DNA of 64,000 bases, taken from positions 478-64,477 of the forward strand of contig DASXAG010000089.1 in assembly GCA_036406835.1 (NCBI GenBank), written 5' to 3'. Source of the stretch: Thermoanaerobaculia bacterium. Its GTDB lineage: Bacteria; Acidobacteriota; Thermoanaerobaculia; UBA5066; Gp7-AA6. The translations under genes were made by a program, and so were the position numbers. Positions 47,391 to 55,901 of the stretch are shown piece by piece. Every line of letters begins with the position of its first letter. Position 1 is the stretch's first letter. The notes below the pieces were generated by a model. It was not told the DNA's origin. It searched no databases and saw only the letters and a program-made list of their open reading frames with translations.

Positions 47391-48286
47391 GCCTGGGACC
47401 GATTACCGCCAAGCGCGCGCTCAAGCGCGCCGCCGGATGGGCGGCGGTGCTGACGTCGCCGTGGGTCGCGCGGCCGGAGCGCCCCCGCGCCTGCATCCTG
47501 ATGTACCACCGCGTGGCCGCGGTCGGCTTCGTGGACCCGCGGCTCGACGACTGGAACGTCCCGCCCGCGACGTTCGCGACGCACATGGCCGCCCTCGCCG
47601 ACTTCGCGGAGTGCGTCCCGCTGCGCGAGCTGCCGGCGCGGCTCCGCGCGCCGGAGCCCCCGCGGAAGCCGCTCGTCTGCGTGACGTTCGACGACGGCTA
47701 CGCGAACTTCGTCTCGTCGGCGCTGCCGGCCCTCGAGCGCTACCGGGTCCCGGCGTCGTGCTTCGTCGTCACGAGCTGCGTGGCGACCCCGGATCCGATG
47801 CCGTTCGACCGCTGGGCGCAGCGCCACGGCGCGGCGGTGCCGCCCGAGGCGTGGCGGTCCGCCGACTGGGCGGCGCTCGAGCGCGCGCTCGCGAGCGGCC
47901 TCGTCACGGTGGGCTCGCACTCGCACCGGCACCGCGACGGCAGCGGCTGCGGCGCGGAAGCGCTCGCCGAAGAGGCGGGGACGTCGCGCGAGATCCTGTT
48001 GAGGCGGCTGGGCCCCGAGGCGGCCGCCGTCTACGCGTATCCGTACGGGTGCAGCCGGCTCGGCCACGTCTCGGACGCCTACGTCGGCGCGGTGCGCGCC
48101 GCGGGCTACTCCCTGGCGGTCACGACCGACCTCGGGCTCGCCGACGCCGCGAGCGACGTCTACCGCCTGCCGCGGATCGAGGCCAATCCGCTCGACTCCG
48201 CCGCCGTGCTTCGGGCGAAGGTGCGCGGCGCGCTCCTGCCGTACCTCGTGACGGACCGGCTCCGAAAGGCGCGGCGCGCGGCATGA
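47387..48286 (+). CDS. Polysaccharide deacetylase (CE4 / NodB domain)
   Basis: VCVTFDDGY, the RVPASCFVV and HSHRH motifs are present. ATGA overlap. Confidence 0.75.
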   Translation: MSLGPITAKRALKRAAGWAAVLTSPWVARPERPRACILMYHRVAAVGFVDPRLDDWNVPPATFATHMAALADFAECVPLRELPARLRAPEPPRKPLVCVTFDDGYANFVSSALPALERYRVPASCFVVTSCVATPDPMPFDRWAQRHGAAVPPEAWRSADWAALERALASGLVTVGSHSHRHRDGSGCGAEALAEEAGTSREILLRRLGPEAAAVYAYPYGCSRLGHVSDAYVGAVRAAGYSLAVTTDLGLADAASDVYRLPRIEANPLDSAAVLRAKVRGALLPYLVTDRLRKARRAA

Positions 48287-49512
48287 AGGCGGCCTCGGCC
48301 CCGGCGTCCCCGAGGCGCATCCTCGTGCTCGACGGGCAGACCAACCAGGCGCTCGCCTGCGTCCGCTCGCTGGGCAGGGCCGGACACGCCGTCTACGTGG
48401 CGAGCGCGTCGGCGAAACCGCTCGCGGCGTGGTCGCGCTACGCGAGGGGACGCGTGCGGGTCCCGGCGGGGCCGCCGGCGGCGGCGTACGCGGAGCTCCG
48501 CGCCTGGGCGCAGCGCGAGGCGATCGACATCGCGCTCCCGCTGAGCGAGCGCTCGTGCCTGCTGTGCGACCGGGAGCGCGCGGCGTGGGAGGCCGCCGGC
48601 ATCCGGCTCGGCTGCGGCCCCGCCTCGATGCTCCTGCGGGCCTTCGACAAGGAGCACACCGTGAGGCTCGCGCTCGCCGCGGACGTGCGGGTGCCGCGCA
48701 CGGAGTTCCCTCAGTCCGAGGCCGAGGTCGACGCGGCGGGCCGCGCGCTCGGGTTCCCCTGCGTCGTCAAGGCCCGGTTCAGCAACGCCTGGAACGAGGA
48801 GACCGGAACGTTCTGGGCCGACCATGGCTGCGGCTACGCGCAGGACGCGGCGGACCTGCGCCGCGCGGTCGAAGACCGGCGGCAGGGACGCTGGTGGCCG
48901 ATGGTCCAGAGCTTCGTGGACGGCGTCGGCCGCGCCGTCTCCGTCCTCTGCGACCGGGGCCGCATCGTGGCCGCGTTCGCGCACGAGCGCCTGCGCGACG
49001 TGCGTCCGACCGGATCGGGGAGCAGCCTGCGGCGGTCCATCGCGCTCGACGAGCGCCTCTTCGAGCCCACGCGGCGGCTGCTCGCCGGCCTCGACTGGCA
49101 CGGCCCGGCGATGATCGAGTACCGAGACGACGGAGCCGCGCCGTGCCTCATGGAGGTGAACGGGCGCTTCTGGGGATCGCTCCAGCTCGGCGTGGACGCG
49201 GGGGTCGACTTCCCGGCGCTGTGGATCGCGATCCTCGAGGGCGAGCATCCGGAGCCCGTGACGCGGTATCGCGAGGGCGTGACGGTGCGCTGGGTGTGGG
49301 GCGACGTCAAGCGCATCGTGCACATCGCGGGAGGCCGCCCGCGCGGCTACGCAGGCCCGTTCCCGACGCTGCGCGAGGGCGTGGCCGAGGTCTTCGGCCC
49401 GCAGCCGGACGCGACGCGTCTCGAGACCTGGCGCGCCGGCGACCGCTGGCCCGCGTTCGGCGAGGTCGCGCAGGGTCTCCGCGACCTCTTCGCCTCCTGG
49501 CAGGCGCGATGA
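48283..49512 (+). CDS. ATP-grasp domain protein
   Basis: N-terminal pre-ATP-grasp (ILVLDGQTNQALACVRSL), central FPCVVKARFSN and the C-terminal MIEYRDDGAAPCLMEVNGRFWGS ATP-grasp signature are present. ATGA overlap. Confidence 0.7.
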   Translation: MKAASAPASPRRILVLDGQTNQALACVRSLGRAGHAVYVASASAKPLAAWSRYARGRVRVPAGPPAAAYAELRAWAQREAIDIALPLSERSCLLCDRERAAWEAAGIRLGCGPASMLLRAFDKEHTVRLALAADVRVPRTEFPQSEAEVDAAGRALGFPCVVKARFSNAWNEETGTFWADHGCGYAQDAADLRRAVEDRRQGRWWPMVQSFVDGVGRAVSVLCDRGRIVAAFAHERLRDVRPTGSGSSLRRSIALDERLFEPTRRLLAGLDWHGPAMIEYRDDGAAPCLMEVNGRFWGSLQLGVDAGVDFPALWIAILEGEHPEPVTRYREGVTVRWVWGDVKRIVHIAGGRPRGYAGPFPTLREGVAEVFGPQPDATRLETWRAGDRWPAFGEVAQGLRDLFASWQAR

Positions 49513-50228
49513 GAGTCCTCGCCCACGCGCACTCGCACTACTCGCACGACAGCATGCTGTCGCTGTCCGACTGGATCGGCATCGCGCGGCAGCTCGGCGT
49601 CGGCACGGTCCTCCTGACCGACCACGAGGAGACCGGCTGGGACGAGGAGCGCTTCGCCGAGTACGTCCGGGACTGCCGGAGCACGTCGACGTCCGACGTC
49701 ACGCTCGTGCCGGGGATCGAGTTCAGCCAGGAGGGCAGACACCTCCTCTGCTACGGACTCGAGACGTTTCCCGCGCGGCCGAGCCCCGCCGCGGCCCTCG
49801 CGAAGGCGGTGCGCGCGCAGGGGCGGTGGCTCTGCCTCGCCCATCCGGCCAAGTACCGATGGCGCTACTCGGCGGCCGTCCTCGCCGCGGTCGACGCCGT
49901 CGAGGTGTGGAACTCGAAGTGGATCTACGACGGGATGCTCGGGCCGCACCCCCGCACCCTGCGTCTCGCTCCCGACGTCCGGTGGATGGCGGGGCAGGAC
50001 GTGCACAAGCCCAAGCACCTGTCGCGCCTGTTTCTGGAGACCGCCTCGGACGACGTCCTGGCGGACCTCGACGCGGGCCGCTATCAGTTCGCGGCGGGCG
50101 CGCGCCGCGCCGAGCCGGCGTCGCTGGCCTCGCCGGGGGCGGCGGGGGTCGCGCAGTCCGCGCGCACGGTCGTGCTGCGGCAGGCGCTCAAGGGCTATCG
50201 TTGGATGCGTCGCGTGCGCACGGGATGA
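49509..50228 (+). CDS. PHP-domain metal-dependent phosphoesterase
   Basis: The HAHSHYSHDS His cluster at the N-terminus and LAHPAKY are present. 239 aa. ATGA overlap. Confidence 0.65.
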   Translation: MRVLAHAHSHYSHDSMLSLSDWIGIARQLGVGTVLLTDHEETGWDEERFAEYVRDCRSTSTSDVTLVPGIEFSQEGRHLLCYGLETFPARPSPAAALAKAVRAQGRWLCLAHPAKYRWRYSAAVLAAVDAVEVWNSKWIYDGMLGPHPRTLRLAPDVRWMAGQDVHKPKHLSRLFLETASDDVLADLDAGRYQFAAGARRAEPASLASPGAAGVAQSARTVVLRQALKGYRWMRRVRTG

Positions 50229-50268
50229 ACATGGCAATCGTGATCGGCACTCATCAGGGGAGGATGTG

Positions 50269-51516
50269 ATGGCTCAAGGGGTCCCGTTCTTTCGTCCCGA
50301 AATCGGGAGCGAGGAGATCCAGGAGGTCGTGTCCGCGCTGGAATCGGGCTGGCTGACGACCGGCCCGAAGGTCAAGACGTTCGAGGAGGAGTTCGCGAAG
50401 GCGGTCGGCGCCGAGCACGCGATCGCCGTCAACTCGTGCACGGCCGCGCTGCACCTCGCCGTGGAGGCGCTGGGGCTTCGCGCCGGGGAGGCCGTGGTCG
50501 TCCCGACGATGACGTTCGCGGCAACGGCGGAGGTCGTCCGTTATCTGGGAGCGTACCCGCTCCTCGTCGATTGCGAGCCGGGCACGCTCAACATCGACCT
50601 CGGCGACGCGCGCCGCAAGATCCGCGCGTACCGCGCCGGAGAGATTCCCGGAGCCCCGTCCGGCGGCAAGGTCGTCGGGATCATGCCGGTCCACGTCGGC
50701 GGGCTGATGGCCGACGTCGACGCGATCCGGGCCTTCGCCGACGAGCACGGCCTCTGGATCGCGGAGGACGCCGCCCACGCGTTCCCGGCGTCCTGGCGGC
50801 CGAACGCGTCGGCGCCGTGGCAGCGCTCCGGCGAGGGCACCGCGGCGATCAGCTGCTTCTCGTTCTACGCCAACAAGACCATCACGACGGGCGAGGGCGG
50901 CATGGCGACGACGTCTGACGCGGAGCTCGCCTCCCGGATCCGGCTCATGTCGCTCCACGGGCTCTCGCAGGACGCGTGGCGGCGCTTCGAGAAGGGAGGG
51001 ACCTGGGACTACCGGATCCTCGCTCCCGGCTTCAAATACAACCTCACCGACGTGGCGGCCGCGATCGGCATCCACCAGCTGCGCAAGGCCGAGGCGATGC
51101 GGGTCGCGCGCGAGGCCGTGGCCGACCGCTACGACCGCGGGTTCGCCGAAGTCGACGAGCTCGAGACGCCGGTCCGCGACGCGAACCGCATCCACTCGTG
51201 GCACCTCTACCCGATCCGCCTGAACCTCGACCGGCTCGGCATCGGCCGCAACGCGTTCATCGACGAGCTCAAGAGCGCCGGCGTGGGCTGCTCGGTCCAC
51301 TGGCGCCCGCTGCACCTCCACCCGTATTACCAGGAGACCTTCGGGTGGCGGCCCGACCAGCTCCCGGTGGCGAGCGCGGAGTGGGAGCGGCTCGTGAGCC
51401 TGCCGATCTTTCCGAGCATGCGGGAGGACGAGATCGACGTCGTGATCGAGCGCGTGCGGTCGCTGTGCGAGGCGAACCGCGCCGCCTCCAGCGCGGGGAG
51501 GCGAGCGTCGCGTTGA
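50269..51516 (+). CDS. DegT/DnrJ/EryC1/StrS-family sugar aminotransferase, PglE/WecE/ArnB-like
   Basis: A GGGGAGG RBS lies 6 nt upstream of the ATG. Motifs SGWLTTGPKVKTFEEEFA, GEAVVVPTMTFAATAE and FSFYANKTITTGEGG are present. Confidence 0.85.
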   Translation: MAQGVPFFRPEIGSEEIQEVVSALESGWLTTGPKVKTFEEEFAKAVGAEHAIAVNSCTAALHLAVEALGLRAGEAVVVPTMTFAATAEVVRYLGAYPLLVDCEPGTLNIDLGDARRKIRAYRAGEIPGAPSGGKVVGIMPVHVGGLMADVDAIRAFADEHGLWIAEDAAHAFPASWRPNASAPWQRSGEGTAAISCFSFYANKTITTGEGGMATTSDAELASRIRLMSLHGLSQDAWRRFEKGGTWDYRILAPGFKYNLTDVAAAIGIHQLRKAEAMRVAREAVADRYDRGFAEVDELETPVRDANRIHSWHLYPIRLNLDRLGIGRNAFIDELKSAGVGCSVHWRPLHLHPYYQETFGWRPDQLPVASAEWERLVSLPIFPSMREDEIDVVIERVRSLCEANRAASSAGRRASR

Positions 51517-52184
51517 CGGCGGGGAAGGAGCCGCGGCCCGGCCTCCCGCGAGGCGTCGAGGTGGTCCTCTCGGCCGCCGGGCTGCTCGTGGCCTCGCCCA
51601 TCCTCCTGTTCTCGGCGGCGGCCATCGCGCTGACGTCGAAGGGGCCCGTCCTCTTCCGCCAGCAGCGCGTCGGGCGCGGCGGCGAGCTCTTCACGCTGGT
51701 CAAGTTTCGGACGATGCGGCCCTCGAAGGGTCTCTCCGTGACGGCGCGCGACGACCCCCGGATCACCGGCATCGGACGGCTCCTGCGGCGCACCAAGCTC
51801 GACGAGCTGCCGGAGCTCTGGAACGTGCTGCGCGGCGACCTGTCGCTCGTGGGTCCGAGGCCCGAGGTGCCGGACTACGTGGATCGGGAGTCCCCGGACT
51901 GGCGCGAGATCCTCCGCGTGCGGCCGGGAATCACCGACCCGGTGACTCTCCGGCTCCGCGACGAGGAATCGCTGATGGCGAGCGTGACCGGCGACCGCAA
52001 CCGGTACTATCGAGAGGTGTTGCAGCCCCGAAAGCTGCAGGGCTACCGCGACTATCTGAGCCGCCGCACGTGGAGGACGGATGCCCGCGTGCTGCTCGAG
52101 ACGGGCATCGCCGTGGTCTGTCCGCCACTGGCGCGAAAGCTGCAGTCGCCCTGGGGCGTACCCGAGCGGCCGGCCGATTCTTGA
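51513..52184 (+). CDS. Bacterial sugar transferase, small PglC/WbaP-C-terminal-type initiating phosphoglycosyltransferase
   Basis: Single N-terminal TM ([21 protein letters not shown]), then [26 protein letters not shown] and [21 protein letters not shown]-type motifs. Start ambiguous: a TTG at 51513 overlapping the upstream TGA, or a GTG at 51561. Confidence 0.8.
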   Translation: [223 protein letters not shown]

Positions 52185-52341
52185 AATCTCCGGGAGGTTG
52201 AGCTAGGGTGATCGCCGCATAGGACAATGAAAATCAAACCCTCGCGAAACGGGGGAGAAGCCGTGTCACCCGGCGGCGACAGGTCTTCGCTCCCGTTTCC
52301 CTTACGAGCCGGGGCGTGATTCCGACACATTCGACGACCGC

Positions 52342-54288
52342 ATGAACAAACGATCGCTCACGCCCCTTCTGACGCGCGGCCTCCAGTTCGCGCTGGACCT
52401 CGCCATCCTCATGGCGGCGTTCTCGCTCGCGTATCTGCTGCGGTTCGAGTTCGCCGTGCCCGGGAAGGAGTTTCGCAACGCGATCCAGCAGCTTCCCTAC
52501 GTCGTGCTCGTGCAGGCCTCCGCGCTCGCGCTCGCCGGCGTCTACAGCTTCATCTGGCGGTACGTCGGGATGGGCGAGATCAAGGCGTTCGTCTACGCCG
52601 CCCTGTGGTCGGGACTGACGCTCGCGGTGCTGCGCTTCTCGATCCCCGACCGCCTCACGGGCTGGCGGGTGCCGCTCTCCGTGATCCTGATGGGGACCGT
52701 GCTCGCCTTCGGCGGCGTGCTCGGGCTCCGCGTCCTGCGGCGCTACCTCTACGAGCTCTCCCAGCGCCGCGAGCGCGGGGCGCAGTCCGTCGGCCAGCGG
52801 GTGCCCACGCTCCTGATCGGCGCCGGCCGCGCCGGCGTCCTGGCCGTGCGCGAGATCAGCGGCCGCGGCGACATGAACCTCGACGTGAAGGGCTTCGTCG
52901 ACGACGACCCGGACAAGCATGGCGCCGTGATCCACGGCATCCGCATCCTCGGCACGACCGAGGAGCTCCCCCGCCTGGTCCGCGAGCACGGCATCCAGCA
53001 GGTGGTCATCACGATCGCGCAGATCTCGCGCCCGCAGATCCTCCACCTCATCGGCCTGTGCCGGAAGATCCAGGTGGACGTCCGCATCATCCCGGGCCTC
53101 TACGAGGTGCTCCAGGGCAAGGTGCAGGTGACCCGCATCCGCAGCGTGCAGATCGAGGACCTGCTGGGCCGGGAGCCCGTGTACCTCGACGAGGCGGAGC
53201 TCGGCCAGTTCCTGGCGTCGAAGCGCGTCATGGTGACCGGCGCCGGCGGATCGATCGGCTCGGAGCTCGCGCGGCAGATCGCGCGGTTCCAGCCGTCCAA
53301 GCTCCTGCTCGTCGAGCGCGCGGAGTTCGCCCTGTTCGACATCGACGGCGAGCTGCGGCGATCGCGCCCCGAGGTGCAGGTCATGCCGCTGGTCGCCGAC
53401 GTCTGCGACGAATCGCGCATGCGGGCCATCCTCGCGGAGCACGCGCCGCAGGTCATCGTGCACGCGGCCGCCCACAAGCACGTGCCGATGATGGAGTCGA
53501 ACCCCGGCGAGGCCATCAAGAACAACATCCTCGCGACGCGGCTCCTCGGCGAGCTCGCCGGCGAGCACGGCGTGGAGGCGTTCGTCCTCATCTCCACGGA
53601 CAAGGCGGTGCGGCCGACGTCGATCATGGGCGCGACCAAGCGCATCGCCGAGCTGGCGGTCCAGGACCTCGGAAGCCGCTACGCGACCCGCTACGTCGCG
53701 GTGCGCTTCGGCAACGTGATCGGCTCGGCCGGCTCGGTCGTGCCGATCTTCCGGGAGCAGATCCGCCGCGGCGGTCCGGTGACGGTGACGCATCCCGAGA
53801 TGCGGCGCTACTTCATGACGATTCCGGAGGCCGCCCAGCTCGTGCTCCAGGCGGGCGCGATGGGGCAGGGCGGCGAGATCTTCATCCTCGACATGGGCGC
53901 GCCGGTCCGCATCCTGGACCTCGCCGAGGAGATGATCACGCTGACCGGCCTGCGCCCCTACGTCGACATGGAGATCTCGTTCACGGGCCTGCGGCCGGGC
54001 GAGAAGCTCTTCGAGGAGCTCGAGCTGACCGGCGAGCACATCTCGAAGACGCGCCATCCCAAGATCCTCATCGGGCGTCTCAACGCCTATCCCCCGGAAG
54101 AGGTCGAGCGCGCGCTGCGCTACCTCGAGGAGCTCGCCCGCGACGGCGACGGAACGGCCGTGCGGAAGTTCCTCAACTCGCTGCTTCCGGAAGCCAACCT
54201 CGGCGTGCGCCGCTTCACGCGCGATCCGGCGCGACCCTCCTCCGAAGCGGCCGCGCGCGTCACGCCGCCGACCACGCCGGACGCCTGA
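52342..54288 (+). CDS. Membrane-bound UDP-N-acetylglucosamine 4,6-dehydratase, PglF/CapD/WbpM family
   Basis: Four N-terminal TM helices, then GRRVLIGAG-like and MVTGAGGSIGSEL Rossmann motifs, STDKAV and a C-terminal extension. 648 aa. Confidence 0.85.
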   Translation: MNKRSLTPLLTRGLQFALDLAILMAAFSLAYLLRFEFAVPGKEFRNAIQQLPYVVLVQASALALAGVYSFIWRYVGMGEIKAFVYAALWSGLTLAVLRFSIPDRLTGWRVPLSVILMGTVLAFGGVLGLRVLRRYLYELSQRRERGAQSVGQRVPTLLIGAGRAGVLAVREISGRGDMNLDVKGFVDDDPDKHGAVIHGIRILGTTEELPRLVREHGIQQVVITIAQISRPQILHLIGLCRKIQVDVRIIPGLYEVLQGKVQVTRIRSVQIEDLLGREPVYLDEAELGQFLASKRVMVTGAGGSIGSELARQIARFQPSKLLLVERAEFALFDIDGELRRSRPEVQVMPLVADVCDESRMRAILAEHAPQVIVHAAAHKHVPMMESNPGEAIKNNILATRLLGELAGEHGVEAFVLISTDKAVRPTSIMGATKRIAELAVQDLGSRYATRYVAVRFGNVIGSAGSVVPIFREQIRRGGPVTVTHPEMRRYFMTIPEAAQLVLQAGAMGQGGEIFILDMGAPVRILDLAEEMITLTGLRPYVDMEISFTGLRPGEKLFEELELTGEHISKTRHPKILIGRLNAYPPEEVERALRYLEELARDGDGTAVRKFLNSLLPEANLGVRRFTRDPARPSSEAAARVTPPTTPDA

Positions 54289-54295
54289 CCCGGGG

Positions 54296-54321
54296 GTCGC
54301 CGGTTCTCAGGAGCCGGCGGC
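54296..54321. terminator. GC-rich hairpin between the convergent pglF-like gene and the first beta-helix gene; possible bidirectional terminator
   Basis: gtCGCCGGttctcaggagCCGGCGgc has a 6-bp GC stem and a 10-nt loop. It overlaps the minus-strand stop. No clear U-tract. Confidence 0.25.
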
Positions 54322-55833
54322 GGGACGGGTCGGGGCGGAGAGGCGCGGTCCGGGAGGCGGACTCACCAGGGTCGGCGTCACCCGGGACTTCTGCGTCGTC
54401 AGCACGACGAACGCATTGAACTCGGGTCCCGTCGGCGGGGGAGCCGCCCATCCCACCGGCGCCGCGGCGCTCAGGCCCGTCATCGGGATCGAGAGGGTGC
54501 CGCCCGCGTACTTGCCGGACGCGACGAGCGGACCGAAGAAATTCTGCGCGTTTCGGATCTCGTACTCCGCGCCGACCGCGAGCACGGCGGAGAGGTCGAC
54601 GTCGACCGCGGCCTGGTGCGGCCAGTTGTAGATCGCCACGTGCGCGCGCCCGGGCTCGTAGCCGTTGGGCTGCACGATCACGTCCGGCGCGGACGGCCGC
54701 GACGAGAGGAAGACGCTGTCCGGGGCCTGGCTCTGGGTGATGCCCTTGATGGGCGTCCCGAAGAACGTGTTCCCGGTGACGGTCATGGCGGAGCAGTTGA
54801 TGTCGACGCTCGTCGCGACGTAGTTGCCGACGATCGTCGCGTCCTGGCACGCCGCGTTGTAGCCGAGCTTGAAGTCGGTCTCGACGCCTCCGCCCCCGTA
54901 GAGCCGGTAGAACGCGTTGTTCAGGATCTTCGGATCGTGGGCCACGGTGCTTCCGCCGATCAGGAGGTTGCGCGAGCCGCCCGTCGGCTCCAGGTCGCCG
55001 CCGTTGAAGAGGGTGTTGCCCTGGATCAGGAAATTGTCGAGGTGCGAGGTCTCCGAGCCGTAGGCCTGGATCCCGAGGGCGAAGCCCGAGAAGATGATGT
55101 TTCCCTGGATCGTCTTGGTCCCCGTCTCGTTCTGCGTGTAGATGCCATGCCCGTGGCCGCGGTCCGGCGCGGTCCAGCCGTTGTAGTAGACGAGGCACCC
55201 GCTGATCTCGCCGTCGACCGCCTCCTGCCAGAAGCTGAAGCCCTGGCGCAGGTCGTGGACCACCAGGTTGATGAACTTCAGCCCCGGGTGCGCGGTCCCC
55301 TGCGAGTCCTGGTAGATCTGGAAGCCGTCGCCGCGCTGGATGTCGCCCGGGTTGGAGCCGGTCTGGGCGGTCTGCCGGCGCGGGTCGGAGCTCATGACCT
55401 CGAAGCCCCAGAACCACGTGTACGCGCCGCGGACCGAGATCGCCGGGTTGGCGAGGGCGGCGTCGTCGATCGTGGCGTATTCGCCCGGGTACTGGCGGAC
55501 GACGATCGGTCTCTCGGCCGTCCCGGTCAGCGTGCTGATGAACGAGCCCGTGTAGGTGCCGCCCCGCAGCCAGATCGTGTCGCCGGCCTTGACCGACGCG
55601 GGCTGGCCGAGCGCCGTCTGGAGGTCCCACGGCAGGTCGAGGCTGCCGTCGCCGCCGGGGGTCCCGCTCGGGGATGCGTAGAAGGAGTTGCCCGCCGCCG
55701 GCGTCTGCGCCACGCGGGGGCTCACGCGGGTCGATTGCTTGGCCGCCGCGCTCGGGGGCTGCCCTCCACAGAAGGCCAGGACCACGATGCCGAGGGAGCT
55801 CAACCAGGCGGAGTGGAACGACTTGAGATGCAT
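54307..55833 (-). CDS. Secreted right-handed parallel beta-helix protein (pectate-lyase-like fold), paralog 1 of 3; no SLH repeats
   Basis: Signal peptide MHLKSFHSAWLSSLGIVVLAFCGG. Shares [49 protein letters not shown]...[18 protein letters not shown] and GPEFN.FVVL with the two downstream paralogs. Confidence 0.7.
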   Translation of the reverse strand: MHLKSFHSAWLSSLGIVVLAFCGGQPPSAAAKQSTRVSPRVAQTPAAGNSFYASPSGTPGGDGSLDLPWDLQTALGQPASVKAGDTIWLRGGTYTGSFISTLTGTAERPIVVRQYPGEYATIDDAALANPAISVRGAYTWFWGFEVMSSDPRRQTAQTGSNPGDIQRGDGFQIYQDSQGTAHPGLKFINLVVHDLRQGFSFWQEAVDGEISGCLVYYNGWTAPDRGHGHGIYTQNETGTKTIQGNIIFSGFALGIQAYGSETSHLDNFLIQGNTLFNGGDLEPTGGSRNLLIGGSTVAHDPKILNNAFYRLYGGGGVETDFKLGYNAACQDATIVGNYVATSVDINCSAMTVTGNTFFGTPIKGITQSQAPDSVFLSSRPSAPDVIVQPNGYEPGRAHVAIYNWPHQAAVDVDLSAVLAVGAEYEIRNAQNFFGPLVASGKYAGGTLSIPMTGLSAAAPVGWAAPPPTGPEFNAFVVLTTQKSRVTPTLVSPPPGPRLSAPTRPAAGS

Positions 55834-55901
55834 TGGGGAGGCCGGGAGGAATTGTACCCCGTCCGGGGGCGCCCTTTAGGTACGGCTTAGGTCCGGGCGG
55901 T

